This document shows positions 23,723-33,726 of a stretch of 64,000 bases of DNA, piece after piece (the stretch's first letter is position 1; each line of letters begins with the position of its first letter). The stretch comes from Alphaproteobacteria bacterium (lineage in GTDB: Bacteria > Pseudomonadota > Alphaproteobacteria > Rickettsiales > Deianiraeaceae), in assembly GCA_025363115.1 (NCBI GenBank), contig JANYEN010000031.1:5608-69607 (forward strand), read 5' to 3'. A program made the translations under genes and the position numbers. The notes under the pieces are model-generated. The model was given only the letters and a program-made list of their open reading frames with translations, was not told where the DNA came from and did not search any database.

Positions 23723-25093
23723 ATGCAAACAAAAAAATTTTTTATTAAAACTCACGGCTGTCAGATGAATGAATATGACAGCGAGCAAATGCAAAAAATG
23801 ATAGGAGCAATGGAATATAACAAAACCGAAAATATACAAGAAGCTGACATAGTTATTATGAATACTTGTCATATTAGAGACAAAGCTACCGAAAGAATGT
23901 ATTCAGAATTAGGCAGAATGCGAGAAATAAAAGAAGAGAGAGAGCAAAGAGGTGATAAAACAGTGATTATTGTTGCGGGATGTGTAGCTCAAGCAGAAGG
24001 AGAAGAAGTATTTCGCAGAGCTAAATTTGTTGATATAGTGGTGGGACCAGAATCTTACCATAATTTGCCTGCAATGATAAACAACACTCTTCAAGGAAAA
24101 CAAAAAATGATAAATTTAAAATTTTCTCCAGAAGAAAAATTTGATTATTTAGAACAAGAATTAGTAAAAAACGATAATATAATCAAACCCTCCGCTTTTG
24201 TAACAATACAAGAAGGATGTAATAAATTTTGTAATTTTTGCGTTGTGCCATATACAAGGGGCGCCGAATACTCTCGCAAAGTTGAACAAATTTTAGAAGA
24301 TATATATAGATTGGTAGAAAATGGAACCAAAGAAATTATTTTTTTAGGGCAAAATGTTAATGCTTACCATGGCATTGATAGCAAAGGCAGGCAGTGGAGC
24401 TTAGCACAACTTATTAGCAAAGTTTCTGAAATTAAAGCTATTGAAAGAATCAGATATACCACTTCTCATCCACGTGACATGACCCCAGATTTAATTGCTA
24501 TACACGGCTCTGAACCAAAGCTAATGCCATTACTTAATTTACCAGTGCAATCAGGTTCTAATGCAATATTAAAAGCAATGAATCGCAAGCACTCCCGGGA
24601 AGAATATATCGAAATAATCCATCAATTAAAAACTATAAATCCTAAAATTATTTTTTCTTCAGACTTTATTGTGGGGTATCCAGGGGAAAGTGATGAAGAT
24701 TTTGAGCAAACGTTAGATTTAATAAAACAAGTTAAATTTTCTTCGCAATGCTTTTCATTTAAATACTCCCCTCGCCCTGGTACTCCAGCAGCAGATAAAG
24801 ACCAGATTCCAGATAAAATTGCCTCCGAAAGATTATTTATTTTACAAAATTTACTTGATAATCAACGCACAGAATTCAATCAAAGTATGATTAACAAAAA
24901 ATTTAAAGTATTATTTGATAAAATAGAAATGCGTTATTATGATCAATTGGGTGGGCGTAATGAATTTTTACAAATTGTAGTCGTAGATAATTTATCTGAA
25001 TTGCAAAAAAACCGATTATATGGACAAATTTGTGAAGTTGAAATTACCAAAGTAAATAATAATAGCTTAACTGGAGAAATCTATTTTATTTAA
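23723..25093 (+). CDS. miaB: tRNA-i6A37 methylthiotransferase
   Basis: 456 aa with an N-terminal Cys cluster (HGCQMNEYDSE...NTCHIR), the radical-SAM motif CNKFCNFCVVP and a C-terminal TRAM-like end. Confidence 0.9.
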   Translation: MQTKKFFIKTHGCQMNEYDSEQMQKMIGAMEYNKTENIQEADIVIMNTCHIRDKATERMYSELGRMREIKEEREQRGDKTVIIVAGCVAQAEGEEVFRRAKFVDIVVGPESYHNLPAMINNTLQGKQKMINLKFSPEEKFDYLEQELVKNDNIIKPSAFVTIQEGCNKFCNFCVVPYTRGAEYSRKVEQILEDIYRLVENGTKEIIFLGQNVNAYHGIDSKGRQWSLAQLISKVSEIKAIERIRYTTSHPRDMTPDLIAIHGSEPKLMPLLNLPVQSGSNAILKAMNRKHSREEYIEIIHQLKTINPKIIFSSDFIVGYPGESDEDFEQTLDLIKQVKFSSQCFSFKYSPRPGTPAADKDQIPDKIASERLFILQNLLDNQRTEFNQSMINKKFKVLFDKIEMRYYDQLGGRNEFLQIVVVDNLSELQKNRLYGQICEVEITKVNNNSLTGEIYFI

Positions 25094-25252
25094 CAAATAT
25101 TTGATTTATTCCTAAATCAATTAAATATAGATATATTAATATTTCATAAGATATTATTTTGACAATAATCTATTAAAATAATTTTTTAATTTGCTTCCAT
25201 AAATATAAAACTGCAAACTCAATAAAAAGAGTTTTAATTTATTATATAAATT

Positions 25253-26431
25253 ATGAAAAATATATTTTCTAAAATATTTGCTACTAAAAATGATAATAAA
25301 TCAATTAAAGGATTACAAACTTACTATATTAATTCCACTTACAAAGATAGATATTCTGGAGTTTATCAAAATTATTTTTCTTTATCTAAACACGGATTTA
25401 TAGAAAATATTATAGCTTTTAGAGCCATAAGCATGATAGCAAAAAGTGCTTCTTCAGTAACTTTAACAGCTTATAAAAATTATAATAATGGCAATAAAAA
25501 AGAGTTAGCAGGACATAAAATAAATGCTCTTTTAAAACAACCAAATCCTAAATATGGATTGGCAGAATTTATTGAAGAAATTATTACTTATCAATTAATT
25601 TCGGGAAATGCTTATATTTATGCAGCCGAAGATAAAAATGGAGTCCCAACAGAATTACAAATTTTGCGACCTGATCGAATAAAAATTTTAAACAACAATG
25701 ACTATTTAGTTTATCAATATTCAATTAATGGATTGATTTACGATTTTTGTGAAGATGATAATGGCGTGTTAGATATTTTGCATTTAAAAACTTTCCATCC
25801 TCTTGATGACTTATACGGTTTATCAAGCTTAGCAGTAGCAAATCGCTCTATTGAACAACACAATGAATGTATAGAGTGGAATAAATCTTTAATGAAAAAT
25901 GGAGCAAGACCAAGTGGCGCCGTGGTTATGAGCAATAGTAATGGCACGCTCACTGATAATCAATTTGAACGTATAAAATCTCAAATTAATGAACAGGTTT
26001 CAGGTGGTGAAAATGCTGGAAAAATTATGTTATTAGAAGGTGGGTTAGACTGGCGAGAAATGAGTATGAGCCCGAAAGATATGGATTTTATTGAAACTAA
26101 AAACAGTTCAGCACGAGACATTGCTTTAGCTTTAGGCGTTCCACCTCAATTATTAGGGATTCCGGGAGATAATACCTATTCAAATATGTCGGAAGCACGC
26201 ATGGCATTTTGGGAAGAAACAATTTTGCCATTATTAAACAATATTTGCAATAAACTTTCAACCTGGCTTTCAGCTCAATTTATGGAAAATATAGAAATTG
26301 CATACGATCCCGATACAATATCGGCTTTAACATCGCAAAGAAAAATACTTTGGCAAACTGTCAATAATAGCAATTTTTTATCAGATGAAGAAAAAAGAAC
26401 TATGTTGGGATTTAATAAAAATATGTCCTAA
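25253..26431 (+). CDS. phage portal protein, HK97/GTA family
   Basis: 392 aa with the typical portal-core strings ISGNAYIY, GVPPQLLGIPGDNTYSNMSEARMAFWEETI. No other phage structural gene lies next to it. Confidence 0.8.
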   Translation: MKNIFSKIFATKNDNKSIKGLQTYYINSTYKDRYSGVYQNYFSLSKHGFIENIIAFRAISMIAKSASSVTLTAYKNYNNGNKKELAGHKINALLKQPNPKYGLAEFIEEIITYQLISGNAYIYAAEDKNGVPTELQILRPDRIKILNNNDYLVYQYSINGLIYDFCEDDNGVLDILHLKTFHPLDDLYGLSSLAVANRSIEQHNECIEWNKSLMKNGARPSGAVVMSNSNGTLTDNQFERIKSQINEQVSGGENAGKIMLLEGGLDWREMSMSPKDMDFIETKNSSARDIALALGVPPQLLGIPGDNTYSNMSEARMAFWEETILPLLNNICNKLSTWLSAQFMENIEIAYDPDTISALTSQRKILWQTVNNSNFLSDEEKRTMLGFNKNMS

Positions 26432-26524
26432 CAAATTACTTTATGACAGAAAAAACATTTCTTTTTGTTGCATTATGATTAATTTTGTAGAATAATTATT
26501 GTGAATTAAATAAATTTTAAAAAG

Positions 26525-26980
26525 ATGGCAAATGTTGGATCTATTATGACTGGTGCAACAAGAATTATTACTTCCAAGCTTAAAAAAGCTGCAGCGCAAG
26601 GTTTAAAAAGTGGCGCACAAACTTTAGCTACTGCAAGCGGAGGACCTTTAACAGGCTTGGTGGCAGGTAAAATTGCATCAACAGTTGCTTCTAAAATTAA
26701 AAAAACTGCTACCCCAGTTATAACAAAAAAATTAACTTCTCAAGTTTTAAATAATATAAAAAAAAAGCAATCAAATAGTCAAATGGACGGCTCTCCATTT
26801 GGTGCATCAAAAATAGCAAGCAAGTCCTTTAAGAAAACTAGTTTAATTAAAGAAGTAATATCTAAATCTATATCGGGCGTGACAAATAAAGTTAGCAAGC
26901 TTGCGAATACCAAAAGCATTAATGGACCATCAAGTGCGGGGAAAAATCAGCAAACTCAAACTAAGGGTGCTATTAGGTAA
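26525..26980 (+). CDS. hypothetical basic low-complexity protein
   Basis: 151 aa rich in Ala/Lys/Ser/Thr/Gly, with no TM segment or signal peptide. It is probably disordered. Confidence 0.45.
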   Translation: MANVGSIMTGATRIITSKLKKAAAQGLKSGAQTLATASGGPLTGLVAGKIASTVASKIKKTATPVITKKLTSQVLNNIKKKQSNSQMDGSPFGASKIASKSFKKTSLIKEVISKSISGVTNKVSKLANTKSINGPSSAGKNQQTQTKGAIR

Positions 26981-26994
26981 ATTTTTTAAAAGTT

Positions 26995-27984
26995 ATGAAA
27001 GGTATTGCTTTTTTAATATTATGCTTTTATTGGTGTAATATAAATTTATTTGCTAAAAATATGGCTATAGATATATCCTTAACTCCATTTCAAGAATATG
27101 TTATAAAAAAGGGGGGCACGGAACCTCCTTTTAAAAATGCTTACTGGGATAATAAAGAAGAGGGAATTTATGTTGATGTAGTTTCGGGAGATGCATTATT
27201 TTCATCTTTAGATAAATATGATTCTGGAACTGGATGGCCTAGTTTTACCAAGCCTATTGCGGAGGATAAAATAGCTACTCACAAAGATTTTTCGTTAGGA
27301 ATGCAAAGAAATGAAATTAAATCTAAATCTGCTAATTCGCATTTAGGGCACGTTTTTGAAGACGGACCAAAGAACAAAGGAGGTAAAAGATATTGCCTTA
27401 ATTCAGCTTCTTTGAAGTTTATACCCAAAAAAGATTTAGAAAAAGAAGGTTATGAAAAATATCTAAAATTATTTAATGATCAAGATCAATTTCAAGAAGC
27501 TATATTGGCAGGCGGTTGTTTTTGGGGAATGGAAGATTTGTTAAAAAAAGTTCCTGGAATAACTAAAACAGAAGTAGGATATATTGGCGGAATTATTCCG
27601 AATCCCACTTATTCTTTAATTACTCACGGCAATACTGGACATGCCGAAGCTGTAAAAATAACATTTGATAGTAAAAAAATCGGCTATGAAAATTTAATAA
27701 AGTATTTTTTTAAAATTCACGATCCCACAACTTTAAATCAGCAAGGCAACGATAAAGGCACTCAATACAGATCGGCAATATTTTATTATAACGATGAACA
27801 AAAAGAAATAGCCCACAAAGTTATAAAAAAAGCTGATGCCTCGGGGCTTTTTAAAAGCAAAATTGTTACTGAAATAATTAAAGTAGATCATTTTTATTCA
27901 GCAGAAGAATATCATCAAAATTATTTACAAAAAAATCCCCAAGGTTATACTTGCCATCATATACGAACAGATTTAGATTTTTAG
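26995..27984 (+). CDS. msrBA: exported bifunctional methionine sulfoxide reductase MsrB-MsrA
   Basis: It has a signal peptide ([20 protein letters not shown]). The MsrB motifs GTGWPSF and RYCLNSASL are followed by the MsrA motif GGCFWGME. Confidence 0.85.
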   Translation: MKGIAFLILCFYWCNINLFAKNMAIDISLTPFQEYVIKKGGTEPPFKNAYWDNKEEGIYVDVVSGDALFSSLDKYDSGTGWPSFTKPIAEDKIATHKDFSLGMQRNEIKSKSANSHLGHVFEDGPKNKGGKRYCLNSASLKFIPKKDLEKEGYEKYLKLFNDQDQFQEAILAGGCFWGMEDLLKKVPGITKTEVGYIGGIIPNPTYSLITHGNTGHAEAVKITFDSKKIGYENLIKYFFKIHDPTTLNQQGNDKGTQYRSAIFYYNDEQKEIAHKVIKKADASGLFKSKIVTEIIKVDHFYSAEEYHQNYLQKNPQGYTCHHIRTDLDF

Positions 27985-27992
27985 TAAAAAAT

Positions 27993-28421
27993 TTATTTGA
28001 TTTTTTCTAGAAGTTGTTTAACTTTTTCTATATCTATCAATATGCTAGACATTTTTTCTTGAACATAATTGTTGTCTATTTTGTTCATATCAATTTGAGA
28101 CCAAGATAATAAATCTGGCAAAGAATTATTTGCTTTTTCGGTAACTGGCATCAATGTATATTGCATATATTTGTCGGTTGCCTCGCTTAGCATAATTTTT
28201 TGTATTCCAGCAATTTTCATGCCTTTTTCATACATTAATGTTTTAATATTTTTAAATTGGTTTATCGCTTCTAAATTATAATACTTTCGTTTGCCTTTGC
28301 CAATTTTTGGAGTTATTTGGGGAAATTGTTTTTGCCAAAACCTAATGGTATGAGCTGCTACTTCTACCATTGAGGCTACTTTGCCTATTGAAAAAAAGTT
28401 ATTTTTTAGATTACTTTCCAT
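27993..28421 (-). CDS. MerR-family transcriptional regulator
   Basis: 142 aa with an N-terminal HTH, FSIGKVASMVEVAAHTIRFWQKQF. Confidence 0.7.
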   Translation of the reverse strand: MESNLKNNFFSIGKVASMVEVAAHTIRFWQKQFPQITPKIGKGKRKYYNLEAINQFKNIKTLMYEKGMKIAGIQKIMLSEATDKYMQYTLMPVTEKANNSLPDLLSWSQIDMNKIDNNYVQEKMSSILIDIEKVKQLLEKIK

Positions 28422-28474
28422 TTTGTACTATAACTAACTTAAAATATTTTATCAATAAAAGGTTTTTTTGCAAG

Positions 28475-29434
28475 TTATTTATTTTTTCCTTGCATAAAAT
28501 TTATTTTAACAAATTTCCATTCCGCATAAGAATCGGCGGGCAACCCTTTTAATGGACTACAATTTATAATGGCTTTTTTAGCATTTTGAGTCATAATATT
28601 ATATATATTAATTTTACTATCTCCTATAATAATCTTATTTTCTATATCAATTTTATTGACCGATCCATTCATTGCATAGCCAATTACAGCTGTCACCACA
28701 AGATTATTTATGTCGGCATCAGGGTTATAATATTGATTCCAACATTTGTTAAGCTGAACAGCTATAATATCTTTTACAGAAATTTGGATATCTTCGGAGG
28801 CTATATCTTCAGAAGCACCAAAAATAGTTGTTTGTGGATTATCATTAGATATTAAATTGATTGGATCGGGTTCTGGTAACGATTCTAAAGGCACTGAGGG
28901 AGTTATATTTTCGGCTTCTGAAACTGTATCATCTATTACATTATTAATATCGTCTACGGGAGATGATTCTTGAATTTTCTCAATATTTTTTTTAACAGAT
29001 AAATCAGGCTTTAATGGCTTAAGCACAGGCAAAGGAATTTTTTTTAAGGTAGATAATTTTTTTAATTTAATTATTTTTTTTGCAATAATTTTTTTTTGGG
29101 GGGTTGGTAAGCTAACTTTTGGAGGAATAATATTCTTAACTATTTTAGCAAAAGAAGGACCAGGGGCATCTTTGGTGATTATAGAAGAATTAGGAGACGG
29201 AGGCGAAACGGTAGTTTTATTTTTATTATCAATAAGTTTTTTATAGTCATTTTCGGAAATAGTAATTAATTTAATTTCCCCTTTAGAAACCGTTATTCCG
29301 CTATCAAGGTATTGGGGTATAAAATATGCAAGAGGTATAAGTATAAATATAACTACCATAAGGTGAATATATAGAGATTTATAATAGTTTTTTTTAGCAA
29401 TATTAAATATTATTTGCATAAAATTAATGAGCAA
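28475..29434 (-). CDS. TolA-like cell envelope protein
   Basis: 319 aa with an N-terminal TM and a Pro/Lys-rich spacer. The C-terminal domain (QLNKCWN...AIINCSPLKGLPADSYAEWKFVKINF) resembles alphaproteobacterial TolA C-termini. The gene is not in a tolQRB cluster. Confidence 0.5.
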   Translation of the reverse strand: MLINFMQIIFNIAKKNYYKSLYIHLMVVIFILIPLAYFIPQYLDSGITVSKGEIKLITISENDYKKLIDNKNKTTVSPPSPNSSIITKDAPGPSFAKIVKNIIPPKVSLPTPQKKIIAKKIIKLKKLSTLKKIPLPVLKPLKPDLSVKKNIEKIQESSPVDDINNVIDDTVSEAENITPSVPLESLPEPDPINLISNDNPQTTIFGASEDIASEDIQISVKDIIAVQLNKCWNQYYNPDADINNLVVTAVIGYAMNGSVNKIDIENKIIIGDSKINIYNIMTQNAKKAIINCSPLKGLPADSYAEWKFVKINFMQGKNK

Positions 29435-30395
29435 ATTTTATCATATTTTCTATAGTAATATCCATACCTTTTTCAAATGATATTTTAGGGATAAATCCAA
29501 GTTCATGAGTGGCTTTAGAAAAATCAATGGCATATTTTTTATCATGCCCTTTTCTATCTTCTACAAAATTAATTAAATTTTTGCAATTTTTGCCTAATTT
29601 TTTTAATATTTGGCCACAAATATAATTGATAATATCAATATTAGTTCTTTCATTGTTGGCACCAAAACAATAACTTTGCCCTATTTTACCTTTTGTCATA
29701 GCCAAATAAATGCCTTGGCAAAAATCATCTACAAAAATCCAATCTCTTATGTTTAATCCATTGCCATAAACAGGTATTGGTACATTATTTAAACAATTTT
29801 CAATTGTTTTTGGTATAAGTTTTTCTTTTAATTGGTTAGGACCAAAATTATTGCTACAATTTAATATAATTGCATTAAAATTAAAGGTTTTTATATAAGA
29901 TTTTATAATTAAATCAATAGCAGCTTTGGATGCTGAGTAAGGACTTGAGGGATTATAAGGGGTATTTTCATTAAATTTAGTATGGTCGTTTAATTCTAAA
30001 TCTCCAAAAACTTCATCAGTTGAAATATGGATAAATTTAAAAGAATTATTTTGCTCTTTTTGATATTTTAAACAAGTTTTAATTAAAGAAAAAGTTGAAT
30101 TAACATTTGTCTCGATAAAAATAGAAGGGTTATCAATGGAATTATCAACATGGGTTTCTGCTGCAAAGTTTACTAATATATCGATTTTATGTTTTTTGAT
30201 TATATCGAAAATTTTAGCGTCCCCAATATCGTTTTGATAAAAAATACAATTAATATCTTCAATATTTTCTAATTTACCAGCGTATGTTAGCTTATCAACT
30301 ACAATAATATTATTTTTATCATGGTTAATAAATTTGATAAAATTTGATCCTATAAAGCCACATCCCCCTGTAATTAAAATATTTTTTTGTTCCAT
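29424..30395 (-). CDS. rfbB: dTDP-glucose 4,6-dehydratase
   Basis: 323 aa with GGCGFIGSNF and the catalytic motif YSASKAA. Confidence 0.85.
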   Translation of the reverse strand: MEQKNILITGGCGFIGSNFIKFINHDKNNIIVVDKLTYAGKLENIEDINCIFYQNDIGDAKIFDIIKKHKIDILVNFAAETHVDNSIDNPSIFIETNVNSTFSLIKTCLKYQKEQNNSFKFIHISTDEVFGDLELNDHTKFNENTPYNPSSPYSASKAAIDLIIKSYIKTFNFNAIILNCSNNFGPNQLKEKLIPKTIENCLNNVPIPVYGNGLNIRDWIFVDDFCQGIYLAMTKGKIGQSYCFGANNERTNIDIINYICGQILKKLGKNCKNLINFVEDRKGHDKKYAIDFSKATHELGFIPKISFEKGMDITIENMIKFAH

Positions 30396-30473
30396 TGGGC
30401 TTGTTATATAACTTGCTTTTTATTTATCAAACTAAAATAGTTTTAATAAAATTCAACGTTTTTTTAGATTAAT

Positions 30474-31349
30474 ATGAAAGGCTTAGTGCTGGCAGGTGGA
30501 ACTGGAACCAGAATGTATCCAATTACCAAAGCGGTTAATAAGCATTTGCTTTTAGTGCATAATTTGCCAATGATATATTATCCAATTTCATTTTTGATGA
30601 TGCTTGGAGTGAAAGAATTTTTAATAACAACTCATGAAATTTATTTAAATGATTTTATTAAATTGCTGGGAAATGGCAAAAATTACGGGATTTCTATTAA
30701 TTATAAAATTCAGCAAGAAGCCGATGGAATAGCTGGAGCACTTAATATTGCCGATGGATTTATAGAAAAAAACGATAAATTTATTATGATATTAGGAGAT
30801 AACTTCTTTTTTGTACCAAATTTAGGAGCTACATTCAAAAATTTTTTTCCTTCAGATAAAGCCGCAATTTGTTTGAAAGCGGTAGATAAGCCACAAGCTT
30901 TTGGAATAGCAGACATTGATAAAAATGGAATTGTTAAGTCAATAGAAGAAAAACCAACTATAGCAAAATCTAATCTTGCAGTAACTGGCATTTATTATTA
31001 CGATTACAGGGCTATAGAATTTTCTCGCACAATTAAAAAATCTAATCGTGGCGAACTTGAAATAACCGATATAAATAACGAATATATTAAACATAATGCC
31101 ATGTCTTCAATTACATTAAATCGATCGGCGGTATGGTTTGATTGTGGTACATATGAATCTTTGTTATCGGCGTCTTCTTTTGTTAATGCAATTAAACAAA
31201 ATCATGGTTTGCAACCTGGAGTTTTAGAAGAAGTAGCATTACGAAAAGGATATATAACTTTAGATTTTTTGAAAGAAATTTGCGATGAATTAAAGCCTTG
31301 TGAATATAAAGATTATTTAAATGTAGTTATAAAAGAATATCAAAACTAA
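30474..31349 (+). CDS. rfbA: glucose-1-phosphate thymidylyltransferase
   Basis: 291 aa with GLVLAGGTGTRMYPIT and PMIYYPIS. It is divergent from rfbB. Confidence 0.9.
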   Translation: MKGLVLAGGTGTRMYPITKAVNKHLLLVHNLPMIYYPISFLMMLGVKEFLITTHEIYLNDFIKLLGNGKNYGISINYKIQQEADGIAGALNIADGFIEKNDKFIMILGDNFFFVPNLGATFKNFFPSDKAAICLKAVDKPQAFGIADIDKNGIVKSIEEKPTIAKSNLAVTGIYYYDYRAIEFSRTIKKSNRGELEITDINNEYIKHNAMSSITLNRSAVWFDCGTYESLLSASSFVNAIKQNHGLQPGVLEEVALRKGYITLDFLKEICDELKPCEYKDYLNVVIKEYQN

Positions 31350-31374
31350 AAATATTTTTTACCCATATTCATAA

Positions 31375-32139
31375 CTAAATAATTTCTGCTATTTTTACAA
31401 TCTGCTCAATATCAAGCTCTTCAATTCGAACATCCTTATTTGGTAAGATAGAATCTAATTTAATAAAATTATCATTGCTAAAATAGCTTTTAAGCAAAGG
31501 AACTAGCTTTTTACGCCTATTTCCAAAACCGATATTACAAATTTTTATTATTTTTTTATAAGTCTCAGTTGCAATCAAATAATTATGAGGTATAAATTCC
31601 AAAATACTGGAATCAACTTTTGGTGGAGGAATAAAATTGGCAGGATTGATATCTATAAGCTTTTTAGTTTTGCCAAACAAAGCACAAAGCACCGTTAATT
31701 TTCCATAATCTTTAGTTTTTAGTTTAGCACACAGCCTTTGTACTACCTCTTTTTGCAACATTGCAACAATTTTAGTTATATAATTAGATTGTTCTATTAA
31801 ATTAACAATAATACTATTACCTACGTTATAGGGGAAATTTCCAATTATTGTAATTTTTTCAAACTCAAAATTCGCTAAATTAATAGACGTTGCATCTAAG
31901 TTGAATAAAACTAAACGAGGGTCGTTAAATTTTTTTTTTATTATTTCCAGCATTTCTATATCTTTTTCTATTAAAATAAGCTTTTCAAGGTAGGTGTTTT
32001 TTAACAAATATTCAGTTAAATTTCCTGTTCCTGGTCCTATTTCCATAACTATTTTAGCATTTTGAGCCATTAACGCAATTTTTTGCAAAATAACAGGATT
32101 ATGAAGCAAATGTTGCCCTAATTCTTTTTTAAGCCTCAT
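31375..32139 (-). CDS. rsmA: 16S rRNA (adenine1518/1519-N6)-dimethyltransferase
   Basis: 254 aa with LGQHLLHNP, EIGPGTGNLT and GNFPYNV. Confidence 0.9.
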   Translation of the reverse strand: MRLKKELGQHLLHNPVILQKIALMAQNAKIVMEIGPGTGNLTEYLLKNTYLEKLILIEKDIEMLEIIKKKFNDPRLVLFNLDATSINLANFEFEKITIIGNFPYNVGNSIIVNLIEQSNYITKIVAMLQKEVVQRLCAKLKTKDYGKLTVLCALFGKTKKLIDINPANFIPPPKVDSSILEFIPHNYLIATETYKKIIKICNIGFGNRRKKLVPLLKSYFSNDNFIKLDSILPNKDVRIEELDIEQIVKIAEII

Positions 32140-32713
32140 TGCTTCGTTGGTTTTTGCCTATTTTATCAACAATTCCGTTTATAAAACCAATTTCTTTGCC
32201 ATTAAAAAAATGCCCTGCTATATTGGTATATTCACTGGTAATTATCGCAATTTCTGTATTAGGTTGATATAAAATTTCACACACAGCGCATCGCAAAATT
32301 GCCCTAATTACGGTATCTAATCTTTCTACCGTCCATTTTTCATTAAGATATTGAGAGACGATGTTGTCAATTTTTTCTAAATCTTTTATTACCCAATCTA
32401 CAATTGCTTCAAAATGTTTTTCATCAATTCTTTTATTTTTTCTATTTTTTCCATAATCTTGGTTAGAAAAAAAGATATGTTTATAAAAATATAGAACGCT
32501 CCTGCATATAATATTTATTTCTTCTTTTACTTTGATAATTGGAATTTTTATTAAATTTGCTTTATGTTTGATGTCAAAAAGATATATAGCTTGAACAGAG
32601 CACATCCTGGCTATTCGACGACGGTAAGTTAAAAAGCGTTCAAAAAGAGCTTTTTTTTCATCTGGCGTGTTATCACTTAAATCCATAACATAATACCTCA
32701 CATTGCAAAACAA
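32129..32713 (-). CDS. nusB: NusB-family transcription antitermination protein (extended)
   Basis: 194 aa with a core of RRRIARMCSVQAIY...IRAILRCAVCEIL. It is longer than a typical NusB. Confidence 0.65.
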   Translation of the reverse strand: MFCNVRYYVMDLSDNTPDEKKALFERFLTYRRRIARMCSVQAIYLFDIKHKANLIKIPIIKVKEEINIICRSVLYFYKHIFFSNQDYGKNRKNKRIDEKHFEAIVDWVIKDLEKIDNIVSQYLNEKWTVERLDTVIRAILRCAVCEILYQPNTEIAIITSEYTNIAGHFFNGKEIGFINGIVDKIGKNQRSNEA

Positions 32714-32871
32714 CAGACTAGCTTATTTGATTATTAAAGCTAGTAATTTTATTAAATTTAATTATATTTGACTTAAAACAATTGTCAAGAATCAATTTAC
32801 AGCTTGACATTTAGCTAAAAAGATTTAAAAAATATATTAATATAAATGTTTATTTTGTAAAGCTTTTATAT

Positions 32872-33378
32872 ATGAATCCAAATTTTCAAAAAGTTTTAGA
32901 AAAATTTGCTGGCATCTTTCCTGTTCCTGTGGTTGATATTGCTATAGAATTAGGATATACAGTACAACTTTTTACACCTATAGAAGAATATTGCAATGTT
33001 ATGGCGGCGGTCCATTTTGTAGAAAAGCAAATTTTAATTAATCAAAATGACACGCCAGAAAACACGCCAGAAAAAAAACGATTTGCTTTGGCTCATCAAA
33101 TTGGACATATTTATAATGATCAATTTAATGAGCAAGAAGATTCTCAGATTGACTCAATGATGGATATAGATTATCCAAATAATGAAAAGGAGATTAAAGC
33201 AAACGCTTTTGCCATTAACTTACTGATGCCTGAAGAAGCTTTTAAAAAAGAATGGGAAAAATTTATATATGTTCTTAAAAATGATATTGAAACTACCGCT
33301 CAAACGCTAAGAATGACGTTTGGAGTTTCGGTATCTCGTATATTAGAAAGAGTAGCTGAATTAAAATTAACTGTTTAA
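32872..33378 (+). CDS. ImmA/IrrE-family (M78) metallopeptidase-like protein with HQxxH instead of HExxH
   Basis: 168 aa with RFALAHQIGH (codons CAT CAA ATT GGA CAT at 33094-33108) and a downstream EKEIKANAFAINLLMPEEAF. Both are family-typical apart from the E-to-Q change. Confidence 0.7.
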   Translation: MNPNFQKVLEKFAGIFPVPVVDIAIELGYTVQLFTPIEEYCNVMAAVHFVEKQILINQNDTPENTPEKKRFALAHQIGHIYNDQFNEQEDSQIDSMMDIDYPNNEKEIKANAFAINLLMPEEAFKKEWEKFIYVLKNDIETTAQTLRMTFGVSVSRILERVAELKLTV

Positions 33379-33381
33379 AAA

Positions 33382-33720
33382 ATGCCTGAAGCTATTTTTT
33401 GGGAAAAATCCTTAAAAGACACATCTATTGATCTTAATAGAACTAAAAATGCCCTTGAGGTACAAGCTATATTAGATAAAAATACCCGAGAAAGACAAGC
33501 AGATGATCTAAGGAATAATGCCGCAAGTATTGTTTTTTGGTACGTAGCAATCTGTACTTTTATTGTCTTTGGAATAGTATGTTTACAGGGTTTTAAGGTT
33601 TTTAATTTTATTTTAGAATCTAATATTATTTTAGCATTAGTAGGAACTTTATTCGCCCAAGTAATAGGGCTTGCAATAATTGTCATAAAGTATCTTTTTC
33701 CTGCTTTAGAAAATATGTAA
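33382..33720 (+). CDS. small membrane protein (helical N-terminus + 2 TM)
   Basis: 112 aa. It starts 4 nt after the ImmA-like stop and has two hydrophobic helices (IVFWYVAICTFIVFGIVCL and IILALVGTLFAQVIGLAIIVI). Confidence 0.55.
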   Translation: MPEAIFWEKSLKDTSIDLNRTKNALEVQAILDKNTRERQADDLRNNAASIVFWYVAICTFIVFGIVCLQGFKVFNFILESNIILALVGTLFAQVIGLAIIVIKYLFPALENM

Positions 33721-33726
33721 ATTTAT

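Noticed and set aside
25101-25120. TTGATTTA-TTCC-TAAATCAA hairpin after miaB, as an intrinsic terminator.
   Set aside because: The stem is entirely A/T and no T-tract follows. This is too weak to call in such an AT-rich genome.
32804-32838. TTGACA hexamer upstream of the ImmA-like gene, as a sigma-70 promoter.
   Set aside because: No acceptable -10 hexamer lies at 16-19 nt spacing. The nearest TATATT is about 23 nt away.
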